DNA of 56,083 bases, from positions 1 to 56,083 of the forward strand of contig JBDRKX010000102.1 of assembly GCA_043813605.1 (NCBI GenBank), read 5' to 3'. Shown one piece after another: positions 11,001-23,000 of the stretch (positions are counted from its first letter, which is position 1; the number at the start of each line of letters is the position of its first letter). The translations under genes were made by a program, and so were the position numbers. The notes under the pieces are model-generated. The model was not told where the DNA came from. It searched no databases and saw nothing but the letters and a program-made list of their open reading frames with translations. The stretch is from Elusimicrobiota bacterium (GTDB lineage Bacteria; CG03; SLGR01; JBDRKX01).

Positions 11001-14000
11001 GATAAAAGGTCTTCCTGTACCGCAAGGAAATCCGGTATCTCCATCGCGTTTTCCATCCTGTAGGCCTTGTCATGCCCGCGGTTGATACCTGCCTGGAAAG
11101 TCCATTTATTATTTCCCTTTTTCCAGTTATACCTTAAACGGGTAACATCGAGCAGACTTGAGAGGTACCTTATGCCGGCTATTTCAGGTTCAGTAAGATT
11201 TGGAAGGTCAAGAAGCATGGTATTAAGGAATACGGCAGGTTCAAAACCTTTCTGTATTCCGGAAGAGAGGATATCGTTCCTTCTGAGGAGCGTGCTCTGC
11301 AATGAGGATTGACCCCATTCAGAGAGAGTGAAATCAGGAATACCGGTGGCGCTTTGTAGCGCATCAATAATATCCTGTATAATATGCGCTCTTTCTCTTA
11401 ATTCATTGATATTCTTATAGTTAGCCAGTATGTCTTTATGGTATTTGTCTTCTATACCAAGTTCACTCAGGAACGCTCTCATCTCGTTATCAGGCGTAAC
11501 AGGTTCTTTTTCCTCTTCTTCCCTTCTTCTCCTTAAAGCAGTGATTATCCCTGATATAACTCCTACTGCTCCCGCATCTGACCACTCACCCGGCGCTAAT
11601 GCGTTCCGGATCTCTGACATCGCCTCGTTAAGTATTCCGAGCAGTCTTTCAGCGGCATTGTATTCATACCTGCTGTCTTCATCATTAAGTCCTCTCAACT
11701 TGTCCATTATACCGGTCAATCCGGATCTCACATTATCAAGTAATCCGAACGCATTCTTGTCCGTTTTTGCCAGTTCAATAAGGCTGTTTATGAATATCTG
11801 CCTGTTCTCAAATGAATAATCCTCATCAAGTATCCTTGAAACATGTTCCAGTATACCTACCTGTTCTGTACTCACTGTTACATCACCGTCTTTGGTTATT
11901 GTGGCAAAATGAAGAACTCCTTTTGATGTGAATTCAGTGAAAATAACAGCAGATGTTATAAGCTTCATTCCTTCGCCCGGCTGTCCGCCTGTGCATACCC
12001 TTGCCGCCGCGAACTCAAGGTCATCAACTGACACGCCCATTATCTCGGCAAGATAACCGGCTGCATCGGCCAAAGCGATGACTTTCATCACAACCGTCTC
12101 GGGATCTTCACTCGGATCAACTGTTACCATCCTGGCTACTATTCCGGTATAGTTATTGTCTTTTATATGATCTGTAACAAACTGCTGAACATCAACTTCT
12201 TCTTGTGTACCATAACCTAATGCAGCGAGCTTCTTCATCCAGGTTACTGTCTCAATATAAGCCCTTTCCTCTTCCATAGCTCTTACACGAAGGGTACTAT
12301 GGTCACCCATGATACCTATATTGTAATCTTCTATATGTTTCGCTTCATGAGCCAGTACAAGTATCACATTTGCGGCAAAACTCCTGTCCTGCCTGATGTT
12401 TTCAAGATGGTTTTTACCTATAATTATTATTCCGGCTTCATAGAACGCCATCGCCTGGAAAGGTATATCCAGTATAACAAAATGCTTTGCATGACCGAGC
12501 AGTTCTTGTGCCCGCTCTGGATCGACACTATACATGAATTCGACGATCTCTTTCATCGCTTTCTGTATCTCTTTATCAGCCTGCAGTTTTTCATATTCGG
12601 GTTTGGTCATACCGTTCGTCAGTCCGACAAGCTCGGGCCTTGTCGCCATAAGCTCGTTATATCCCAGCGGGGCGGTTATCTGATTTAATATACTGCCGAT
12701 ACGGGCAGTTGGAGTAATCCCCTTAAATATAGTATTCATCACATCGTCTCTTTCAAGAACTTCCATGTGCGGATCATCGGTTGTCGGAGCAAGATAAACG
12801 ACATTATCACCTAATCCGTTATTAAAGAGCTGCTGATACCGGGCATCCGAATTCGCATCAGGATTGAAGGAATCCCCTCTTATGAATACCTGTTTCAATC
12901 CAGCTATCTTTCCGGCAAACTCGCTTACTGCCTCTTTACTGAAGAGCCTTGTCTGTATCGTACCGTTATAATCCTGGACTGCAGAAACGTTACTGTAATC
13001 CCTGAAACCCAGTGCGGATATGATCTTCATAAGAGCCTGTCTGAATCCGCCGGAAGTGTTTGCGGCGCTCTCGTTTCCGCCGATTGTAGGCGTAAGTTCT
13101 ACTACAGAAGCGTTTCTATAGAGGCCGCTCTCATCGTTCAATACGGCATTTCTTATAACGTTTGTCCCGTACGAATGCAGGACGATAGTCACATTCTCTA
13201 TGCCTTTTGATTCGATGAACGCCGCGAGTTCCCGGTTGAATTTACCCGAGATATCATCGATCGGATTGAGCCAGTAATAACTAAACTCGACTATATTGAC
13301 TCCCAGCGCTCTTGCGGTATCAACTATATGTTTCATAGTCTCAGGAGTATAATCAGATGCGCCGTGAACAAGTATATATGTCGGCTTGGTATTGTCTATT
13401 GTGAATGTATCCGGGGAATCGCTCAGATTGACGACTCTGCCCGAAACAGCCGATACATCAGCAGAAGCTTTTGCCTCTGTTCTTCCGGCTTCGACTTCAA
13501 GATGAGCTACTTCCTTAGAATCAATCCTCTCTGTTCCTTCCATCTCTTCATCATAAAATACTCCCGTCAATGCTTCGAATAGGTTCTCTGACGTGAGTTT
13601 TCCGTCAACCAGGCTCACTTTGGCTTCTTTGAAATTCCCGTTACGGTCATAGACCTTCAATACTCCGTCTTTTATCATTAGGTTGGCCATGAGCATCAGT
13701 TTTTCAAGCAGTATATCGGAACCTATCGCCATAGAAGCGAATCCAAGCGGCTCGGTAGTAAAATACATGAATGTCTCGGCAAAATCCTCGTTATAATTTG
13801 TCTTGGCATAATTGCTGACAAAATCGTTCATATCTTTTGATCTACCGGAGAGTTCTATCCAGGCCTGCTTTTGGGTATCTGTAAGGACATTCCAAAAGAC
13901 ATTATGTCCTATCTCGTGCCTTATGGTGCATTCATAAAATTCATCTTTACTACCAAGGTCCCTGGCAGAGAGCGACCTTATTATCTGGTGTATGTGTACA

Positions 14001-17000
14001 GGAATATGTATTCCGTTATCTTCCACTATATTGCCGTTTGCATCAACTTTTTGAAGCCTTGGCACATAGAGTATCGACCTTAGATCAGATGTATATTCTT
14101 CAGGGAAATTATTGACTATATTCTCAAGACGCATCTTTTCCGATACAGTGGCGTCTATGACTGTTACCTGACTGTCGCCTTTTGAAACCGTATCGAAATA
14201 GAGTCCCGGGTTTGCCAGAAGTTTCATGGGGCCGATAAGGAGCATCGCCGTGATCAGCGTAGGAGCGCCCCATTTGCCTACTCCGGAGATTATGCCGTTA
14301 AACCTTCTTCCAAGTAACGTTACTGTAAGTATTGATAGGACAGCTACGATAGAACCCATAAGAAGCGGCAATCCCACATTAAACATGTCGCTTCCCCTTA
14401 TGGTTGTATCATATATCTCCCACGGCTGTGAGAGGAGGCCTTTATAATAGAGGGTCCTTATCGCAAGCACCAGGTCGCTCGTAAGTAAGGCTGCTATTAT
14501 GGAAGACGCTGCAAAATTAGCCATAAAGATACTCCCGAAACTGTTGAGTATACGGGATATCCGCGAACCTGCAGTGGGCTTTTCGGGAACGGCTGATGGA
14601 GTTTTAAGAGCTGTCTTTTCTATTGTTTCGTATGCGGATGCGATTTCCCGTACAGGCTGTGCTTCTCTTTCTATTGATCGGTCAGTCTCAAACATTTCTG
14701 CTGGAGTTCTAGGTACATTAACAATATCCATTATTAGTCCGCTATTCCAAAGAGCATCGTCATCCCAGCTCAGTATTTTATATTTTATAAATCCAGCTTC
14801 CCGTAATATTATTTCTGATACCGTTACATCCAAAGTCTTTATTGCCGTATTTCCCCTTCTTACATATACACCTTTTATATTGCCGGCACGGCCATATTTA
14901 GCTAACTCAAAAAGCAGTGTTCTTACACTTTCATTGTTTTGTTTATAATTACCGTCATCCTCTCCACGGCTCTCATTAGTCGGAAATATACCTATTTTCT
15001 CAATACTGATATTATCCAGTCTGTTCATGACTTCAGCGATATCGGTTCCAAAATTATCAGGATATACATGCGCTACCGCATACTCGGTTTTTCCTGTATC
15101 CCTGTTCCTGCCCTGTATCACGATTCCGGTGCAGCTCATGAACCCGCCGGAACCGATCGCTTCGTCTTTTTCAAGAGACCCGAAGATCATTTCAGTATTA
15201 AAAACCAGTCCTGACTGATATATGGTCTTTCCATCCCGCTCTTCACTGTTAAGATGAAGTTCGTGCGCCCCGTCTACGATCGAATATGAGGTTAATCTCT
15301 CTTCGGCAAGTATCGAAACCGCCTTTTCGGCTGCGGCTTTCAATTGGGCGACCCTTTCCGATACTATATCGCCCGAAATCTCTTCCAGAAACAGTGTCTT
15401 ATTCTCTACTGTCTGTTTATATTCTTCAGATCTCAGATATTCCGCAAGCGGAATTTCTCCTATCTTACTGTCTTTTACAATGACATTTTTAAGCAACCCG
15501 TCACTGACCGCGATCCTAAGTACTCTCGGAATTTCCGTGCCTACGACTTTGACTGCTTTGAATCTTGATTTACCCCTGTCTGATGCCAGACTTATAAGAG
15601 ATCTAATATAATTTCTTATAATAGAAGCCAGGCGGGCTTTTCCCGGAGCTTGATATGCAAAATAACCGAACAGATCCGACACCTCGAATGTGTCTTCTGT
15701 TTCAGAAAACCGTATTTCCGCCAGTTCTTCTCCTTCAGCATTGAATATAGTGTTATACTGGGGATTATCAGGTGTGGGCGCATACCTGAATCCGAAAGCA
15801 TCTACTTGAGTATTGATTATTTTTTCATGGGCAGTTATTTTTACCAGTGATTCGTATGCATTGATCCTAGAAAGGACATCTTTACCGTGTATTTTCGTTA
15901 AATACCGGGATATCATCCCGTGCTGGAAGGACCTGTCTGTTTCCCCGATGATACTCTTGAGCATATCCTGCGTCATCGCCGGATCGTTAAGCTGGGCAAC
16001 ATGGTTAGGAGTTATCACTGGAACTGCCGAACCGGGAGTGAACCCAAATCTCAGGACCTGTTCCGCTGACGCGAGTATATGCGCTATCTGCTGGATATCT
16101 TCCGGGGTTTCGCCTGAACCTTTGAGCTGTTCCATCCAAAAAGCTTCCCTCGATTCGTGGAATATGGATTCATCCTGGTATCTGGAACCGGTGACTATGA
16201 CTAAATTGCCGCTGCTGTCCCGGAAATTATGCGCCCAGTATCCTTCAGGAAGTTCATTATCATCTACAACAAGTAACCTGGCTGTTATTTCTTCTCCCTT
16301 AATTACCCTTTTTTCGACTCCGGATGCGCGTTCGGCCCACTCTTTTTCCATAGCCCTGGCCTGGGTTAGTTTAGCCGCATCTTCTGCCGTCCGGACTCCT
16401 ATCCTCTTGAGAGCTCCTACTGAAGCTCCGACAGGAACAGGAGGTAATCCAGATATTGGCGCACGGGCTGCAAACACTTCCTTGTCATCAATCTCGACCG
16501 CCCGGGCGACATCGGCATCATCCAGCACCTGTTCCTCTTCTATTTGTTCCACATGGAATATAAGTACTTCTTTTTCTTCAGCACCCTTATGAAAATATAC
16601 GCCGCTTCCTTTTATCCTGACTAATAGCATATCCTGTTGGCCATACCTGGCAATAACTTTATTCCTTAACGGAGTGCCCGAAAAACAACTCTGTTCATTA
16701 GTTATTCCCCTATTCTCGTTTTTCTGAACCAGCCGTTTTGCTATCTCAAATTCCTCTCTGGTCATCACACGATAGATGGTCGGTACATCTCTGGGGCTGT
16801 TTACTATTTTCTCTGCATATATATCATCCCTCAAATTCTTTAAAATATCTTTTCCGGCAAGCTGCTTTGAAGTATACCTCAGTACTCTGAACAGGGGATC
16901 ATTTATTGTTCTAAAGAATAGGTTTTCGATCAGTTGTTCAGTATCCATTGTAACAATTCCACCGGTTACTCCATTTATCCCCGGAACAGCCGCACTCCAC

Positions 17001-20000
17001 TCAGCTTTAAACATACTCGCTAAGTCCAGTCCCAACTGCTGTTTCATTGCAATTATATACTTGATCTTAGGCAGCATGCTGTTCATCATGTCCATATACG
17101 CCTTAAACCTGCTGCCATCGCCTTTCATCATCTGAGATAAGGCCTGCAAGGCATTTATGTTGCCTGTCTCCTGAAACATCTCAAGCAGTTGATCAAAATC
17201 TTTAGGCATATTCCTGGCCCATTTTTCCATATTTTCGTTAATCGAGGTTGCCTTCTGACTTTCTTCAATATGGTATTCGAGAATAGAATTATACTGTATG
17301 CGGTCCATATCCGGGAGTGAAACCATTTCGCGGGATATTATCTTTGCTTTCTTTGCAGGTTTTCCTGTTTTTCCTGACACAAGAGCTTCAAGCAGCTTTT
17401 CTTCTAACCGTATCTCAGAACCGTCTTTAATTACTGATTCCAACTCTCTGAAATTTATTGATGTAATATCAGAGAACCACATCCTGCCTTCTTTCGGATT
17501 AAAACTAAAAAGATCATCTGCACCCTTCTCTGTAGCGCCCGCATCCATGGTATAACTTCCTGCATCACACATAAAGAAGATTGCCGATAGCTCAAAATAA
17601 GCTGCGGCAGCAATTCCGGCCTTTTGTGCGCCTCTTCTGATAATACTAGCCGCCCGGTCAATTTTCCCGCTGTCTTTCAATACAATACCTATAGATTCTC
17701 CGTCAATCAGATTTTCTGCGACAGCTATCTGGGAACTGCTGTAACCGAGTTTTCCAAGCATTTCCCTCATCATTCGGGCTGTCTCTTCGTGTTCATCCGT
17801 ACCCTCGACGAGAGCCTTAGGTTTACCTATATCATGGAGCGCCAGTATAAGACGGAACAGCCCGGTATCTACACCTGCAGGAAATTCCATGCCTCTAAAA
17901 TATTTCTCAAACTGGCCGAGCAGCATCAGAGTATGTCTTTCCAGCGTATTGTCCCAGGTAACCTGCTCCGAGTATAAGGATTCAACTTCCGGAAAAGCCT
18001 CCTTGAGTGCATTGAGCAGTGATTCGGGAGAAAATTCATCCCCTTCAGCTATTCTTCTGACTTTATCTACAGTTGACATCCCGGCCAAAGGCTTCGGCCT
18101 GACAATTTTGACTTTTGCATTGATTACTGCCTGAACGTAATCCTCATAATCTGCGACCATGTTGAACGCGGCTTCCCCGAGATATTGTTTCACCAGGTCA
18201 TGGTGTTTCTGCCTATCCTGCGGCTTTTCTGATATGATAGCCTGCAGCTGTGAGATCTGCATATCATCGACTTGCTGCTGGTGGAACGGTGTAAGACTGT
18301 TTATCCCCCCATACTTGATTACCTGGTCAGCTGAAGCAAGTATATGAGATTGATGTATAATTTCTTTTGCTCCTTTCAATCCTGCTTCTTTCATTAAATA
18401 AGCTGTCCAGGCTGCTTCCTGTTTTTCATGAAAAACGGCTTCCTGAGCGATATCGGATTCGGGAGGAGCACGGGTAACAACAACCAGAACCTTCCTGTTG
18501 CTTTCTGCATCTACTCCTGTAAAACGCAGGGATTCTATTCCTTCGGGAAGATTTCTATCACTTATTACCCTTATTGTAACCGAAAACGTCCGCTGACTAC
18601 CCTCATGACCAACGGTTATCCTGTCTGAGGATTCCGGAGTTCCTTTTGATTCCCTCATCCACCGGGATTGGTTGTTTTTTATCAAGCCGTCCAGTTTTTT
18701 CTCTTCTTCACCGGTACGTCTACCCATAGTTTTCATGGCATTATCTATGTCATCTATATCCCCATCAGGTTTTTTTGAGAGTAAGGTACCCTTATAGTCT
18801 TCGAGCTCTTTGAACATTCCCTGTGATAAACTGATATCATTTATTCTCACATTATTGATCAGTGTGCTTAAATCAGGTGAATCGTCAAGACTTGTCAGCG
18901 CATTTATTAATGCGTCTAAACTCATATCATCTTCAGTATTAAGCTCGGATAAGAACATATGGAGCCTTGACGCCGGGCTATTGTCAAACTGCCTTGCTTT
19001 TCCTGTATCATTTAATATATTTTCAAATATCTTTTTCAAAGGATGATTATCAGGTATCCTGTTTAATTCAAGGGCTTTCTTCAAAACAGCTGTGCCCGGT
19101 ATAACTACCCCGCCAGCTGCTTTTTCAGCTAATTCTTTTACCCCTTGCATACCGCCTGTTTTGTAAGCATCAATCATCTCGCCAACTGTTGTTTCTAATG
19201 CGTCCCCGACAGACCGTACAGGCTTACCTGCTTCTCTGGCAGCTTCTGTCACTCTTAGATCTCTGACTTCTTCGGGAATCTCATCCAACTGACTAATAAT
19301 CTCTTCATCCGGTGTTTCAGACAATATTTCTTCAGCGGATGGTTTTACTAACTGAAGCGCCTTTGCAACCGCGTCTATTGTCTTGGGGCCTGCTCCTTTA
19401 ATAGGGCTGAGCAGCCCGTTCAATTTTTCGAAACTTGACACTTGGTCAGGAGTTGCTCCAATAAGGGCATTAACCACATCATCTTTAACTGTTCTCTTGA
19501 GTGATTTCGGTAGAGCGGCGCGTATATTCTTTTCAAATTGGTCAGATTTTGGCTCCGCTTTCGCCTTATAAACTCCAACTGTCTTTTGAGTCAGCTGATC
19601 CCGCATTCTGCTTAATCTGGAAAGTGCGCCTATAACTTCGTCTCTGGCCTGGTCCATTCTCCTTATATTGGGAACCATGTTCCGGGCCAGATTGAAATTT
19701 TTTCTTGCAGCAGCCAGATCGTCGTTTTCAAGCGCCTGTTCAGCCTGTTCCAACACGGCGTTAACAGTAGTCAGATTATCTATCTGTGTCTGAGTGAGTA
19801 CAGCTTTCGGGGCCTTTTCAGCTTTTGCAACTTCTATCGTCTCTACAGGCACCGGTTTTTCGCCGGCTCTCACCAGTATCCTGTTAAGCCCCGCCAGATC
19901 TCCATAATCCCGGTCATTAACTGCCTTTTTAAAGGTCGATTTCATGAATCCTTCATGAGCTTTACCGCCCGGCAGCGGATATCCTACGGGATCCAGAATC

Positions 20001-23000
20001 ATGAAATTACTACCGTCTTCCGTTATGTATATGTTATCTTCATGAAAATCACCGTGTACAATGCCCGCTTTGTGCATCGCAATAATAACTTCTTTTAGCC
20101 TGTTCAGGAGTTCTTTCGAGAGCGGTTTGTCGTATTCGCCAAGCGGTACTCCGGCAGCTTTTTTCATATAATAGCCTTCTACCTGCCCGTTCTCTCCGTA
20201 TTTAAAGGCCAGTGGTTCCGCTATATGTTCAGGGAACATCTTGTGCATAGCTTTTAAAGCATCAAACTCAGCTACTATATCCCTGTATGAGTTCCCGAAC
20301 CGGAGGGGTGTTGTCCTCATAGCAGCGGACTTAAAAAAGACATCCGGCCTGTTTTCAAGATCAGCTTCATCTATGGGTACTTTAGCCAGCGCTTCTTCCG
20401 TCTTGGTTCTGGTCTCTCTCAATGCCTGCAGTTTTTCCTCGTTTAAACTGATAGTATTCTTTATCCGGTCTATATCAAAAAGCAGTTTTCTCTTAGCCTC
20501 TTCGTTTTCAACGGCTTTTTTATACTCGGCATCCAGTATCTGAACAGCTTTGTCAAAATTGCGTTTCTTGGCGTTTTTCTTGATCGCCCCGATAATATTA
20601 TCAAGCTCGGTTTGAGCTTTCGCATATTCAAGGGTACCCCGTTTATCCTGGGCGGACAGGATAGGACTATTTTTAGCTCTCCAGTACATGATATATAACT
20701 GGATACTATCTTTATTCAATCCGTCTTCAATCGCCTGCACCTTTTCCAATTCTTCCTCAGCTTTTTTAAGTTCTGCCTCGGAGGTTGCTTTTTCATCTGT
20801 GCTGTTCTTTTCATTTATATCGAGTATCCGGTTGATATTTCCATAAAGTCCGGCTGTAGCAAGCCCGTTCTGTTCAGCCAGGTTATACTGCCCGAGTGCT
20901 GCCTCTGTATTTCCCTGCTTCTCCCAGGAACGGCCCGATCCTAAATGTGCGCGCTGCTTTAATGCGTTCTTCAGATTTTTATCAGCAACCTGATCGGCAA
21001 GCTGGATCGCTTCTTCATATTTTTTCCTTGCGTAGAGGTTATCATCATTCTCAAGAAAAGCATCACCTTCGTTGAGGAGTATTCCAGCCGGATTTTCCGG
21101 ATTCTTGATCAATCCGAGTTCTCCTGATATTGCGCTGATAGGTTTTTTTCCCACACCGATACGCTTAAGTATCCGTTCAAGTTCATTATAACTTGTGACA
21201 GTTCTGCCTTTCAGCGCCTGGATAACCTGGGCTTTCATCTTCTGTTTAAGCCCTTTGTTGTCAAGTTTTCCAGCAAGCTCTTTTTCTACCTTTATATCGT
21301 TCATTATCCTGTCGAGCTGTGCAAGGTACCCGTTGATATTCGATTTATTCCACTGTCTTACCGGTTCAAGGAATTTTTCAAGAGGAACATTAAGGTCAAC
21401 CGGGTTCTTGAGATATTCTTCTATTATCGCCTGCCTGATCCTTGCAGGCATCTTCACAAACTCTTCGGCAGCGGCTATGCCGGCAAATATCTCTTCCAGT
21501 TTTTTTATGAACTGACCGGCATTTTCATATTTACCCTGCATGCGGGCGGCCTGATATATATCGTTTATAATAGACTCTATTACTGATTTAGATATACCGG
21601 CATCACCCAGCGCCTTGCGTATCCTGTCCAGTTCGTTCACTACGGCTTTAGGAACAACAGCCGCCTCTTCTGCGGAAGCTACAGAAGGCTCTAACTTTGA
21701 TCTCACAGATGCTACGGTATTATCGGCTGTACCCGCCGGGATCTCCCGGAGCAGTTCCATAAGGTCGTTAAACCTTTCTTCAAGGACCTTTTCCCTTTCA
21801 TTAAGCTGTTTTGATGTCCTTAATGCATTCCAGGCCTGACCCATTCCGTTCATATATCCGGCATTCTTCGACAGGGTTTCGAGTTCCATCACCAGCTTAT
21901 TCAGCCTGTCAGTGTATTCTTTCTCTGAAACCTGTTTAGGAGCTTCCGCTTCTTCCGTAACCGCTTCTTCACGCGCTGCCGCCGGTATCATTGCTGTTTT
22001 CTGGTCATTCTGCCAGATAAAGAAAAGTGATACGGCGCCGAGTATGGCGATCGAACCGGCTACCATAGGGCCGGACAATATTGCAGCTATTACCGCAGCT
22101 ATACTCACCCCGCCGATAGCTATCGCATACCTGTATTTGTTTATCAGTCCGCTCACTCCAAGGCGCGCCTTAGGCCTGCGGGTTGTCTCGGCAGCGGTTT
22201 CAGGTTCAGCTGTAATACCTGCGACTTCTTTACCGGAAACTAACCGGGCAAACTGTTCATGTTCCTGTTCATTCGGCACGTCCGGCAATCCCCGGCCTTC
22301 TCCCTGTGTATGCTGGGCCTGTATCCTGTTCCTGCTGTCCCGGGCCATACTGATTGATATACCGCCCCGGGCGTCAACAACCTCTTTTTCAGTGTACCCT
22401 TCGAGCGCCTTTATGCGCCAGTCGTTGTTCTCTATAAGACTCCTGAGATACCCGTCCAGGTCCTTTTCGAACATGTCAGCGTCTTCCCGTAACAGATAAG
22501 AGTTCTTGAGCTTTTTCAGTGTCTCTTCGGTATTGTATACAAAATGGGTATTGCCGACTGATACCAGTTTCAGAACACCGATCATCTGCCTGTTAAGGCT
22601 TTCGAGCCATCCATTGAATGCCGCGATATCTACCTGACCTTTTTCAGAGGAAACCTGAGCCATGGGATAAAGACCGGTTATAGCCTTTTTAACATTAAGG
22701 AAATTCTTTATCCGGAGACTGAGTTTGTAAGGATTGTTCTTGAGTGTATTTATGCCTGCGGCGACCCTGTTCCATCTTGCCTTGTGTATTATCGCCTTTG
22801 CTTCCTCTTCAGGTACTATCTTGATCTTACCCGAACGGTTTATACCCAGCATAACGAGTTTTCCGGCCAGATTCATGTAAGTGTATGCGTATCCGTCCTG
22901 GAACACCTTGTCTTCCGGGTAGAAATTATACTTTTCTCCCGCTGTCTTTAAACTGATATACCCTTTGCTCCATTCACGGCCAAAAGCCATTACTCTGTCA

